64,000 nt of DNA from assembly GCA_039545335.1 (NCBI GenBank), contig BCIN01000001.1, forward strand, positions 1,671,129 to 1,735,128, read 5' to 3'. Made by a program: the position numbers and the translations under genes. Source of the DNA: Kondoa subrosea (lineage: Eukaryota). The notes under the pieces are model-generated. The model saw only the letters and a list, made by a program, of their open reading frames with translations, was not told where the DNA came from and made no database searches. Of the stretch, positions 1-14,026 are shown piece after piece (position 1 is the first letter of the stretch; each line of letters opens with the position of its first letter).

Positions 1-3000
1 GATATGTCAGAGCAACAGAGAGCGAGATTTGCTCAGTCAGACGACTCACTCATGCGTTACCCTACCTTGTCAGAAGCAGGCGATTTGCATCAAGTNGAAG
101 ACACTTCTGATTCTGCTCGACTGACTTCCAACATGGCCTTCAACCCTACTACGCAGTTTCCGCCAGATCGCAATCCTGTCGAACGGAAAAGTCGCTTGTC
201 TCGTGGCTTAAGCTCTCCAGCGAATATCACTCGCAGTCCTTCTTTCTTGTCCAAAGCTGCTCAGGGACTGCGCAAAACCAGCGTGCGAGTTGTCAATGTA
301 GCAAGTCACGCTCCTACAGATGCAGGTGACGTGAAGATGGATCAAGAAGATCAGCTTGAGTCGGGCGAAGACGATGCCAGAAGAAAGCGACTAGAGGGCA
401 AGAGCTTGGGGATCTTCGCTGCGGATAACCCTGTACGCAAGATTGCTCGAAGAATTCTGCTCTACAGATGGACTGAGCCAGCAATACTAATACTTATTAT
501 CGCCTATGTGGTTGTGCTTTCCCTTCAATCCTCGCCCTCTGTGTTCTCCCACCCTCGACCAAGTAGTCCAGGCTATTTTAGAACTTGGGAAGATGCAACA
601 CTTTTCATCCTGATGTGTCTCTTTACTCTCGAAGCCTTGGTCCGAATCATAGTGTCAGGTCTCGTCAGAAGTCCAGAAGATCCAGCAGCTGTCATCTCTG
701 ACGATGACCCCGAAATCCCGTTGTCTGCTCGTTTAAAGAACCGCTTATCCTACAATGCTTTGTCGGAACAGCTATCCAAGATAGGCTATTCACCAACTAC
801 CAGATATCGGGAAATCAATAGACAACAGAGTTCTGACATGCTCGGGAATGGCCCGATGTCTTCTTTCGGACATCACAACAATAGTACCTCGCATATCCTG
901 CACAAGAAAGCTGCTTCTGCAGCAAACAATCTTTTACATGACACACCCTTTCGATTAGCTGTAGCAAGGCAACGCGCAGCGACCAGCGGAGAAAGTGCAT
1001 ATCTGCGGCATAGCTGGAATCGAATCGATATAGTCGCAATCACTTGCTTTTGGATCAGCTTTGCCTTAGCAGTAACGGGCGCCGAAAGTGACAAACGACT
1101 CTACATCTTTCGGGCGCTGAGCGTCCTACGAGCTTCAAGACTCTTGACATTTACTAGCGGGACGACAGTGCGTTTCTAATCTGTGGATATTTGATATCGC
1201 TTAACCTTTTCGATAGACTATCCTCCAGTCACTCAAGCGAGCCGGTCCTTTGTTGGTAAATGTTGCCTTCTTCTGCGTCTTTGCAGTTGTTCTCTTCTCG
1301 TTAGCCTCTCTTTTTAGACGATCTTTTGCCTTCTCACGCTGTTCTCAGAATCATTGGCATCCAAAGCTTCAAGGGCTCATATAGCAGACAGTGCATATGG
1401 ATTGATCCACAAGGTGTTGCAAACGGTACAACAGGACAGAATTGTGGAGGCAGCATTGATGCCAGCGGAAACAAGACTGGCTACTTTGGGTCTTCAAGCG
1501 ACATACCGCTTGACAATTCCCCAAAAGGTTACCTCTGTCCCTCTGGTCAGCTTTGCGTACAAGGCGATAACCCTTACAACGGCACCGCTAGCTTTGATAA
1601 CATAGCCGCTGCTGCGCTGCAGGTCGGCATTACAATCTCAAATAACGGATGGTCTGGTCAGATGTGTAAGTTCTGTCTAGAATTCCGACACAGTTCCTCA
1701 TGGTGGCGCTGTATGATAGATAACATGATGGACGCTGATTACGCTGCCTCCGGTAAGTACTTGTTGCTGCTCTCGGTCGCGTCGGGCGAGCTCAATTTGT
1801 TATATGTGACAGCCTTATTCTTCATCTTCTGCTTACTGGTGGTCAACTATTGGCTCCTCAATCTGTTCGTTGCTGTAATCACCAATACTTTCGCTACAAT
1901 TGTCGAAGAAACAAAGCACTCGGCATTCGCCTCATCAGCGTAAGCCAGCGCTTTAGCGGCTGCTAGTGGATAGGTTGCTTAATTCTCTGGGCAGTCCTCA
2001 AGTGGTGCTTGATCATGCTGGAGATGCCATTGCAACTTCAAAAAGGTCCGAAGGTTTCAAAACATCCCTACGCAAGATCTACAATAAAACACAGCTCTTA
2101 TGGGTCGGTCTAATACTGGCCAGTGTGATTACTCAAGCTACTCAGAACAATGGCGATAGTCCCAGATCGTTAGACATCAGAAGTGCGTGTTGCCGCGCGG
2201 CATAGTCGATTACGTGCCAATCTTCGGAACAGAACAAATGGAGCTTTACTTTACACTCGCATTTGATGTCGAGCTTGTGCTTCGCTTTATACCTTACCTG
2301 CCTCATTGGACTTCCTTCTTTCGATCTGGCAGAAACGCGACGGATACCGTGCTTGCTATTGTTACTTCAATCATCCAAATCCCCATCATCAGAGAGTCTG
2401 GAACCTATGCATGGTTCACCGCATTCCAATTGGCCAGATTCTATCGGTTCATGTTGGCCATACCGAAAGTCAGGCTTCTGCTGGTCGGCTTCCTGCTCAT
2501 CTGACAGACATTCAAACTAATGCATGGGTCAGGTGCGGCTGACTGGCAGTATCTCCGGCCTGATCAACTTGATCTTCTTCATTCTGTTGAGTCAGTCATC
2601 AGCTACGAACTCACGCAAATTGTGAATGTCTTTGATCTAGTGACATTCATTACCGCTCTGCTTGTATGTGATGCTCAACGGAAACACAAGTGATATTGAC
2701 CTTTCACTAGGCTACTCAACTATTGCGCGGTATCATACCTGCTGTAATTGACGACTCGTCGGTAGAGATGACATTCTATCAACTCTATAATGCATTTCTC
2801 GCTACATATCAGGTACTCAGCAGCGAGAATTGGGGCGATGTACTTTATGCTGCGACGGGATCTAGCTCAAATACCTTCAACCTGGTCGTTTATGCCACTC
2901 TGATAACAGGATGGTTCATGTTTGCAAATTGTCAGCTATATCCTGTGAAGCCGAACATATCTGAGTGTGTTATCCAGTCATCTTGATTCAACTCTTTATT

Positions 3001-6000
3001 GCCGTTTTAGCTGAAGGCTTCAGCGTGGCAGAAGAAGAAAAGCATAAGCAACAGCTCTCGCGTTTTGTGAAACGGTCTCAAGCAACTGCTGATAACCCAA
3101 GCTGGATCGACAAGCTAAATCCTTACAATTACGTGAAGGGTCGTCCAACAGATCTCGGTATAGATGCACTGCATGCGAATGCCTTTCTTCATAGAACAAC
3201 ATCACACAAGTCAACTAAAAGCGATTTCAAAAGATCGGTAAGCATCTGATCGCGCCGATTGAACACCGCCCTGATGGCTTACTATAGCGCAAAAACTCAC
3301 GTCATCGAGCGTCGGCGTCAAAGAGTAGTGCTACAAGCAGATTTCTGCACTTCCGCAGCCAAAGCAATCGCTCAGACTTGCTCAGCGTGGATGCTAAGGC
3401 ACAGGACGACATCTCAGACACCGAAGATCTAGAACAGCATCTGTACGCCGCTTTCGCTTTGTGCAGACAATATGCTGATGGATTGACAGTGGCTTGTTGA
3501 CTGCCAGGAAAGGCACTGAATTGGAGCACGAGATAGTAGCTCGTCAGCGGAAAGCGAAGCAGCTCGACTTCATTAGGGCCCATCCCACCTATGACCATTC
3601 TTTATGGATATTCTCGCAGTCCAATCCCATTCGGAACGCTTGTCAAGCCTTTGTCGAGCCTGGAACTGGAAGCCGCTTGTTCGGAACTCAGCCTCGAAAA
3701 CGCTTAGTCAACGCCTTCAATATTGTCATTCTGCTCGCTATTGTTGGTTCTGTAACGATAGCTGGAGTAGCAAGCCCTCCATATCGTCAGAATTACTTCA
3801 AACAGCACGGAGATATTCGCTTCACCTGGTACAACATCACCGAATGCGCTCTTGGAGCAATCTTTCTTCTCGAAGTTGGCGCGAAAGTCATTGCGGATGG
3901 TTTCATATTTGCCCCGAACGCTTATCTCTCGAGCATCTGGAATGGCCTCGATTTCTTCGTGGTGTTGACTCTCATAGTCAATGTTGTTTCTACACTAGTA
4001 GTAGCTGGCAATGCCAACAGGTGAGCACGCACAGCAGTGTTACGAGTCTACTAATATATCAGAACTAGCGTTCTTCGTGCTTTCAAAGCCTTTCGTGCCC
4101 TGCGACTGATCAATTTGAGCAAGAGCATGAGGCAAACGTTTTATGATGTGCTCATTATCGGAGCATCCAAGTTGTTCTGGGCATCAGTGCTGACGGTACT
4201 TTGTGAGCAAGCTGGGTCATACCCTATCAAGGCGCTGAAGATCCTTACAGATATCATACCTTACTCAGTCTGGGGCCAAAACCTTTTCAGTGGCTTACTA
4301 TACTTCTGCAACGACGCGTTGGCTACCAACAAGACAGAATGTGTGGGCGAATACGTATCATCTCCCCTGGGCTTCGCATTTCTTGCGCCTAGAGCCTGGA
4401 AGAATCCTTATGTCTGGTCATTTGACAGCTTCCGCAGCGCATTTCTAATCCTGTTCGAGTATGTTCGAGCGTTTTCAAGACGACCATCTCGTTTGCTCAC
4501 GATAGCAATCTTGCCCCGTAGATTGATTGCTATAGAAGGATGGGTTGGAGTTCTGAAGTCAGTCATGGCGATCAGCGGTAGAGATCAGCAGCCTTCGCAA
4601 GATGCCGCGCAATACAACGGACTCTTTTTCCTCATTTACAACTTGATCGGCGGTCTGCTGGTCCTGTCCCTATTCGTGACCATCATCATTGAGTCTGCAA
4701 CCTTGCGCTCGTGGGTCTTATTTCTACCTTAAAAAATTTATAAATTGATCTTGTCGTAGTGGCATGTCTTTACTTACAGTCGAGCAGCGTCAATGGATTG
4801 ATCTTCGGAAGCTGATCATGCGACAAAGACCTAGTCGACATCCGCGATATCGTCCTGCTGGGAAAATACGAGCCTGGTGTTACGATCGAGCCATCCAGAA
4901 GCATGGTTGGTGGTCTAGAGGTCTCACATGTTTATATGTATTCCATGTGGGTCTCTTGATGACACAAGCAAATCAAGACTCTTCTCTCGTTATCCGACTG
5001 CGAGGTAAGCCAAACAAGACAAATGCTGTCACTACTGACTCAAATCATAACAGACTTTGCGTTCCTTTGCTTGACGCTGGTGTACACTCTGGACATCGGC
5101 GTTCGTCTGACCGGGGTGGGGTGGCGCAACTACAAGCAGAATTGGTGGAATCTTTACGATATAATCACTGTCGGGTAAGAGCATTCTCTTTTCAGAATAT
5201 ATCATAGTTGAAATCCGACTCTAGAGGGACATTCATCACTACTGTCAACATTCTCGCTAATGATGAAAGCGTCAATTCGGTGCAGTCCGTGCAAGGGGTG
5301 TTATGCGTATTGGTGGGTGCTTACAATCTTGATACAGGTTTCAAAAGCTTTTCCTGGTCAGCGTAGCCTTTAAATTGGTGCAGAAGAGTAATTCTTTGAA
5401 CCAATTGTTCAAAAATGCTGTGTATGTATCAAATACGGGAGCCACTTCTGCTGACTTTCCTTTTCAGGGCGAGCTTACCAGCGATCGGCAATCTTTTCTT
5501 GCTCTGGCTGATCCTGTTCCTTGTTTGGGCCATCGCGTATCTGGAAAGTGAGTATACGCATCCATCACGAATCATGAGCTCACTGACATGAACTATGTAG
5601 TCTTCAGTCTGACGCGCTGGGGAGCAAATGAAACCAGAAACATGAATTATAGTACTTTCATCAAGACGATGCTGATGTTGGCATTGCAAAGCAATGGGTG
5701 CGTTGTTCTGCGAAGTTACTGAATTGGTCTGACTACAATGATACGCTAGGGAGGGATGGAATGCCATCATGCATGACTGTCAGTAGTGCTGAGCAATTTT
5801 GGTTGCTCGAACTCACTTCAACTGCCAATCCAGTCACTGTTGCGTCACCGCTTTGCTCCCCAAATTCGAACTATCTCTTCAATGACTGTGGATCGCCTGC
5901 ATGGGCATTTGTGCTGTATATCAGCTGGTGAGTATAGCACTCTTTACGGTGTCTTACTATTGAAACGACGGCCAGGTGTATTCTGAGCATGTTCATCTTC

Positions 6001-7142
6001 GTCAATATGTTTACAGGTGTTGTCGTCGAGAAGTAGGATTGTTCTCTCTATCAGGCTGCACAAAGTCTGATCACATGGGCAACAACGAACAGCTTCAGTT
6101 ATGTTTTCCAGCTGTATGGTCGAGTTACTTCGATCAACAGAGAAGAGATGCGAGCATATAAGAAAGCTTGGGCTGAATTTGATACCGATCGTACTGGCTA
6201 CCTGCGGCGTAGACAGCTCGCTCCCTTTTTCGCGGTTAGTAGAGCTGTCTGGACAACATGAATTTGCGCCTCACGTTTCTATGACAGCGCTTGTCCGGTG
6301 TTCTGGATGTACGCATCTTCCCTCCAGAATCTCGTGTTCCGGCATTGGTGCGAGGAAGTCGCATTACGACTGATCGCGATGCGCTTCGAAACTCAAGACA
6401 AAGCGGCAGTAGCAGTACTGGCCACATTGATGTCCAATCGGGCATGGATCTTGGAGCTTTAGACCGTAAGCTGGATCGCATCGATTACGAACAAGTCGCC
6501 AAACGACGATCAATATACACTCATCTCTATCACGAGGCTATGATAACCGAGGATCCTGGAAGAGGGATCTCTTTTACCAACATGTTGCTTTTACTGGCGC
6601 ACTACAAGCTCATGAATGACGGGAATGCTTTGCAGTGAGCTTTGACTTCCATTTACTAGAAAACTGGTGACAACAATCCTTTGTAGAATTGACGAATTGC
6701 TCGCGCGAAATGCAAAAATGAGCAGAGTCAATGATCTCATCTCGCTTGACAAGGTAAGTTTGTGCTAGCTTGTCGAATGAACTCTAATGCTTGATCAGCT
6801 TCGCGGGTTTCTGGCAACTGTTCACTATCGCAGAGCTTTCCTTGCCTATCGAGAGCAGAAGAGATCTCAAGTGCCAGGTAAGACAAGACTTGTACCTGTT
6901 GAATATCAGCCGGCTCATTAGCGCGTGCAGTACCAGTCATCCGGATCGATGACTTGCAAGTCAACCCGAAAACCTTGCATCTGGACATTCCAACTGATCA
7001 GACTATCTCCTATGATCCATCAACGCCGAGTCCTTCTTCGCCTTTCCGCTCCTCGCGATCTCCTTCTCCTCAGTCAGAGCATCGTTTGTCTAACAGCTCT
7101 ACTAGCATCACTGATCACCTAGAATATCGCAATCGCCTCTAG
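1..7142 (+). CDS. CCH1: Voltage-gated-like high-affinity Ca2+ channel alpha subunit Cch1; multi-exon, 5' end probably upstream of the window
   Basis: Four ion-transport repeats with S4 segments ([33 protein letters not shown]). Pore loops ISNNGW / SSENW / AIEGW / NGEGW give the N/E/E/E filter typical of fungal Cch1. C-terminal region has [16 protein letters not shown]. Many 50-60 nt GT-AG introns. One ambiguous base at 96. Confidence 0.93.
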
Positions 7143-7475
7143 AATATAACAACGGATAGACAATGACCAATCAACTAAATTATACATGTTTCGGCATATC
7201 AAGCATAGCATAACCATGTAGACACATAATTCCAGTTGCACATCGTTTTTCGCTTCTTCTTCTGCAGCTTCCAACATCCTGCCAAACAATTGCATTTTCT
7301 GCTTCATCATGTACTATCTATTGCTGTGTGCTGTCTCGCTCACGCTACTTTGTTGCATTCGAAGACGCCTTCCATGATCTTCTTCAGCGTTTGTTGTTTG
7401 TGAAAGATTTCTCTTCGCGCTTGTCAGCAAAGAGTCCTGCCTGCTTCCACTCTCATCCTCTGCACTTGGATTTGA

Positions 7476-9990
7476 ATGAGCGTCTGCCCATCTGAGCGAT
7501 TTCACAGAGTATACTGCTTCCGGGTAAGCAGGTCCAGGAACCTCTTGCAGGCTCTTTTGCTGCTTGGATATCTGTCGCTAGTGACTGCTATCTACTCCAA
7601 TGATCCTGCACGCAGTGTAGTAGGGTCATCGATCAATGACACCAGGCAACATCTACAGCGAAAGAGAATAGAGCTGTCAGTCTCATCTTATCCTCAGGTG
7701 TCCTGCTGCTCATGATTAAACTCTAGTGACTATTTCGCCGACCGACTGATAGCGAGACAAGGATATGGCACAGGTGAATTAACGCAATCTACAGTCAATT
7801 GGCAAACTCTGACTGTCTTCAACAGATTGGGTGACTGAAACAGTCAGGTAAGCTGCTGCACATAGAGGAAGGCGACCGGATGTACTGACTTTCGGCCAAG
7901 AATAACGCTACCTCCGTATGTTGTCTCTGGATGGGATTGCTACTTTGTCCTCATGAACCTGATTTAGCGGACAAGCCGCCTCTGCGCCTGTACCTACGGC
8001 ACCATCTACAGGAAGTGGTACCTTAACACGGACAGTCTATATTTCGCAAGCTACAGCAACTGTAACACAAACGGCTCAACCTCAAAACTCTATAATTACA
8101 GAAACAGCGACAGCTACCGTATCTCAAGTAACAGCAACAAATACCGTCTCTTTAGCTACTCTCACTTTGACCGAAACCACGATTCCCGCTCTAGTTACCT
8201 TTTATCCTCCAACAGCTTTCTGCTCTTTTGGATGTACTACCAAAACAGTCACTTCACGCATCAAGGCAGCTAAAACAGCTGCGTCTCAACAACAAAAGCC
8301 ACCACCAAGACCTTGTGCGCCGGTAAGTATTTCCCCGCAACCTCAAGACCCTGCTCATGGTTGTTCAGGGAGACGCAGGCGAGAAGGCCGGTGGAACGCT
8401 TTCCCCGACTAAAACTTCAGCTGTGACCCTCTACGTGATTGGAGTCTATCTTATTGCTATACTTATCGGGTATGTTTTCTGCTTCACGTTGTTGACAGAA
8501 TTTGAGGCGCAAAGCTAGCTGGAATTTCTTTGGAGTACGGACGCTCATATACCCTGTGAAACTGGTAGTCACTGCCTGGGTATGATGAAACCCAACCGCG
8601 AGAGCGTCAGCTGATTGCCTTGAACATACTAGCATGAATTCGGTATTTCCCTTGTCCCTGGACCATTGCTTTACACAACATTGCTAACAACTTCAATATA
8701 GGTCATGCTGTAGCGTAAGCGAGCAGCATATAGCTCGAATTCGATCACTGAGTGTTCTTGTTGCAGGGCTGTAGCATCGGGATCGCGTTTGAGCAGCGGT
8801 ATGTGTGCTCCTTCCGTACTGTACGCCTTGATCTGACCTGATTGTAGTACGCATCGACCCAAATGAGTGCGTCAGCTACTGTACATAAGATCGAATACCT
8901 GACTTTGGATCAGGGGCGGACTTATCCAGATCGGTAAGCTTACTTTCACCTCGTTGATCTTTAATCTGATCTGTCGCAATAGAGGGTGAGAGTTCTTTCT
9001 TCTGCCGTAAAGACAAGCTCATACAGGGTCAAGGTGCTGGATATCCCGTTGCGGCTTTACGTGCGCCTCTTCGGCTTTGCCAGTCATCCCTTCTAACGTT
9101 GCCACAGCTGCTGGATTTGTCTTTTCGATACTGATTGGCGGACTCCTGAGTGAGCTTCCATGAATCAAAAAAGTTATATTTGCTTAATTTCTTGTCAGCA
9201 TTCGCGGGCTTCAATACTCTGGCATCAAAAGTAGCTTCCTTCTTCCTTGGTCTCTCACTGGTAGCTGTCATATTCTGGGCAGCTGGAGCGGTTACCAAAC
9301 TTCTGGTTGTTGGCGCGCTTGGTTTGATGATTGGGTTGTAAGCAGATACTTATCTTCAATCTCGCATTCGCCGCTGATTGAAAGGATGACAGCTGGTTCA
9401 TTGATCATGGAAGTGCTTTGCGATATTACATTCTCTTTTATGGCGTTGCTTCAAGCTTCTATGTCATTTGGGATACGACAGACGATTTTGGTGAGTTCTT
9501 TTCAGCAATGATCGAGCTAGGTTAATTCCTGCGTAGTGTTCCGCAAGGTATATCAATATTGATTTGGCATCTTAAGTTGCTCATGATCCTCAAAACTCAG
9601 GTCCATCCATGGTGAGACGGAACGATTTCCAATAGTTTGCAGAAGTGACAAAGAGAACTAGTTGCGCCCGGCTGTGGTATCTCGCCAATCCAAGAACTCC
9701 GTCTCATATCTGGGCTTTGGCATGGCTTGGAATCTCCCTGCTCCTATTCATACTGTTCATCATAGCAGGATTGGTGAGTTTCGGTAGACGATACTACTAA
9801 AATGGCCTGAACATGCTTTCTTCTCCACGTAGGCCGCTTTCAGAGAGACGCCGCATGGAATGGTGAGCTTCATTGTCGTGTACAGATCGAGCTTATACTT
9901 TATTCTCTAGTTCTGTCAAAGGTATAGCTCTAACCACTTTCGAAGAAGATCTCTCAACCTGTTCACAGTCAGCAATTCTTACCGACGTAA
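7476..9990 (+). CDS. Peptidase M50B-like membrane metalloprotease with a Thr/Ser-rich N-terminal extension; many microexons, start uncertain
   Basis: Spliced reading gives LIYPVKLVVTAW-HEFGHAVA (HExxH), FAGFNTLASKVASFFLG, WFIDHGSALRYYILF, FYVIWDTTDDFVFRK, IIAGLAAFRE and QQFLPT-stop at 9988-9990. This follows the layout of fungal Peptidase_M50B proteins. Confidence 0.75.
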
Positions 9991-10337
9991 GCCCGTCGAG
10001 GCAAGTGATGAAGGGAACCACATTGGTATTGGTCTACGAGTACAAAGGACATTTGCGAACCTCAGTTTTCGTTTTGCATTGCATATTTCACACTTGTATT
10101 CTAGACCTACGTAGAGCACTCTGTGAAGTGAGCGCAGCTACCCTGTGATGCTGGTATCAGGTTAAAAAGTTTGGATTTGGCTTTTGTCAAGACGGCCACT
10201 TCTAGCACTCGTCAGAAGCCCGACCGTTGTCTAGCATATACCCTTTCTACGTGATACGAGGCTATATCAACCAAACAGCCGCTACAACGAGGCCTGCTAC
10301 AATTAGCGGCACAACACGCATTAAAAAGTAAATCAGA

Positions 10338-13300
10338 ATGGTTCAGCAACATGTCTTCCGTCCAGAGACGGTCCTACGAGTATGTTGAAGCCTCATTCAG
10401 GGCTCGAATCTGTAAGACCTGACACGACCCTCGTTTGCACAGCGTTCTGCGGAATTACTTTCTGTCAACCAACCCATGGCAGCCCTTTCCTCTATTTCAG
10501 AGGTATTCTCCTCTAAACGGTTTAGAACTACACCTTTGGCCTCTTTAGAACCAATCATGTTGAAGTTCTTGGAACTCTGCGTGGATCTGAAAAAAGGTCG
10601 AACTGCTAAAGAAGGCCTGCATATGTACAAGAACGTCGCTCAGAACACAAGCGTCATCTCTGTTGAAACTGTCATCAACTCTTTCTTAACTCGAAGCAAA
10701 GATAAATTGGCAGAGGCTTTACAGAAAGTTGATGAGATTGAAGGTCCCGAAAAAGCAGCGGCGGATAAAGGTGAAGCAGAAGTGGAAGATTTGGAAGCTA
10801 GTGAGACACCGGAAAGTATCTTGCTCTCTTCTGTCAGCGACGAGAAGAGCAGGGATAGAACCTACCGAACTATCGTTACACCTTGGCTTCGATTCTTATG
10901 GGAGGCTTACCGAACTTCTCTTGATATTCTGCGCAACAATCCACGACTCGAGAATCTGTACCAGGTTAGTGATGGTTCGCATGGCGTCTGGTCGAATGCT
11001 AACCAGGTCCATACACTTGTAGCAAATTGCTCACGAAGCCTTCACATTCTGCCACACTCACAAGCGTCAGACCGAATTCAGACGTCTATGCGAGATTCTT
11101 CGTCAACATCTTTCCTCTTCGCAAAAGTACTCGCATCAGTCTCACTCAATCAACCTATCCGACCCGGAGACTCTTCAGCGACATCTAGACACCCGTTTCC
11201 ATCAATTGAACACTGCTGTCGAACTTGAATTATGGCAAGAAGCTTTCCGAACAGCAGAAGACATCCATGGTTTGGTTACCATGTCGAAACGTATGCCTAA
11301 AGCAAGTATGATGGTTTCCTACTATGAGAAATTGGTCAAGGTTTTCGCCGTTGGAAACAATTTCCTTTTCCACGCTGCAGCTTATGGCAAATATCACTCA
11401 ACTCAAACATCCGCTGCGGCGGCAAAAGATGAAGCTGAAACTGCTAAAGCTGCTTCTTTGGTTTTACTTTCCGCTTTGGCTGTACCTGTGGCTGGTGAAG
11501 GCTTGGCTAGACGTCGTGATGGTAGCGCTATTGAAGAAAGCGAGTCTGCGAGAAATAAGGCTGTTCGCTTGGCTGCACTTTTGGGTCTGAGCTCAACACC
11601 TACCAGAGCAGAATTGCTCAGAGATGCGGTGAGTCTATAATGAATCGTGTTGATCTTGAGATCTGAGGTTCACATGTCGGTTCACAGCTCAAGCACGATG
11701 TTTTAAAGAAAGTCTCACCTCAATTGCGATCACTATACAACATCTTGGAAGTCGATTTCCACCCTCTTTCAATCACTAAGAAGATCGATCCTATCCTCAC
11801 CGACTTAGCCAAAGATCCAGAAACCGCTCGATATGTCCAACCCTTGGAAGAAGTTGTTCTGGCTCGTCTATTCAGCCAACTTGGACAAGTATACGACTCC
11901 ATCGCTTTAGAACGCGCTATTCGTCTCAGCACTTTCGCAAGCGAATCCTCCGACCCTCTGAAAGCTCGCGCTCGCATTGAACGCTTCATTGCTGGAGCAT
12001 GCCGTCGTGGAGATTTGGATGTCACTTTCGATCATTCGGGCGCATCCATCTCATTCGATCAAGACGTTTTTGGATCTTCCATTAGCATCAACGATAATTC
12101 TGAGCTTGAAAAGACTTTACTTCAACCTGCACCTTCTCTTCTCCTTCGAACTCAACTTTCTCGTCTAGCGCAATGTCTGTACACTGCAGTGGACGTGATC
12201 AATTCTAAAACTTCACCTCAAGGCGAAGCTGTCCAAAATCGCGAAGCTGCTCTACAAGCTATGCTTTCTTCCATGGCAGCAGAACGGAAAGCTCTGCTCG
12301 CTCGAAAACAAATCATCGAACGAAGAAAGGAACAAGCTGATGAAGCTGCAGCTCGTAAAGAAAAGGAAGAAGCTGCCGCGAAAGCTCAACGAATCGCTCT
12401 CAAAGCCGAAGAACATGCGAGGAAAGAAAGAGAAGAAGCGAGACAGCGCGAATTGGATCGGATCAAAAAAGAGAACGAAAGGATCAAGAGACAAGAAGCT
12501 GCTGCCATGGCTGAATCAATCGCAAAGAAGAGCGGGATCACGCTCAAAGTCAAAGTTTGTCCTTTTTATGAGCTTGCAGCGGGTGATGTCTAAATGCTGT
12601 TTTCAGGATCTCGAGACAGCTGATACTAGCACTCTTGTTCGAATGTCTGTTGAAGCTATCGAGAAGGAGAAGAAGGATCTGGCCGAAAAGATCCGAGTTG
12701 TTGCGAAACGATTGGATCATCTGGAGCGAGCCAACCGAAAGGAAGAGCAACCTATGTTGGTGCAAGACTATCAGCGTCAACAGGCTCGGGATCGAGCAGC
12801 TTTCGAGCGTGCGCACGAAATGCGTGTCGCTGAATTGAAAGAACGCCATACCTCAGATCTAGCAACTAAAGCTCGTCTCGCTGCAATTCTTCCAGATTAC
12901 CATGCTTTCAGAGAAGAGAAAGAGAAGCAAGCTCGCGCAGACAATGCTAGAGCAGAAGAAGAGTCAAAAGCGAAGATTGCTGAGGAGAAGAAACTTCGCC
13001 GTGCAGCAATACTGGCAGATCGGGAAGAGAAGAAGAAGCGTCGTCAAGCTGAGGAAGATGCTAGACTACGAGCAATCGAAGAGGAAGAGCGTCGTCGTGA
13101 CGGTGGGTCATTACCGATGTCTAATACAGTGCGAGAGCTGACTTGTGACACAGAGCAAGAAAGAGAGGAGGCTGAACGCGCTGCGAGAGAAGAAGAAGAG
13201 CGTGCTGCAGCAGAAGCTGAGAAGGCTGCGAAAGCTGCAGAAGAAGCTGCTAAAGCTGCTAAACGCAAAGCGGAACGTGACGCCGAATTTGCTCAGCTCA

Positions 13301-13930
13301 ATGAGCAAGCTCAGAAACAACGAGCACGAGAAGAAGAGATCGAGCGCAAATTGCAAGAGAAACGGAATGGTATGTCTTTCAACGTTGCTTTTCCCCTTTT
13401 GCTTACATGTCCGCTTTAGCTCCAGCCCCTGTTGGATCTGCTGCATGGAAGAGAGCAAGAGATGATGAAGCTGCCAAAGCTGCGCCTGCGCCTTTGGGAC
13501 GGACACCTGTTCCAGTTGCGGCTGGAGGTTGGCGTGAAAGACAAGCTGCGGCAAAAGCAGCCGGAGCAAACGGTCCATCGGCCGCTCAGTCTCCATCGGC
13601 CACACCGACTCCTGCGCCTGCCCTGCAACCTGTTTCTGCTCCTCAAAGCTCTGGTCCACCTCGCATTGTATCAAGCTCAGCAGGCGGAGGATGGCGTGAG
13701 AAGCTCGCGCAGAGTAAGTGTATCTGTCGAGCGATCATATTATAGCTGACACTTGTCTTTCAGAATCTGCTGCTGGCACAAATGGCATACCTACTCCTGC
13801 AACGAATGGCAAGCCGGCAGAGGATGACTTCCAAACTGTAAAGAAGCCTGCAACAGGAGCATATAGGCCTCCTGGATCTCGTACGGATTCGAGTGGTGGT
13901 TCTAGACCATCAGGAGGATCGCGGTGGTGA
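10338..13930 (+). CDS. TIF32: Translation initiation factor eIF3 subunit A
   Basis: MVQQHVFRPETVLR|RSAEL start, LELCVDLKKGRTAKEGLHMYKN, VTPWLRFLWEAYRT, AVELELWQEAFR, a PCI region, a long charged coiled coil and a tail with GGWRE repeats. Confidence 0.95.
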
Positions 13931-14026
13931 ATAGATACGCAATGCAATCATGATTTCATTTTTCTGTGGACCGAATTGATTTTCTTGGCGACCGCCGATC
14001 TACATTGCTTTTGTGTCTATCTACAT

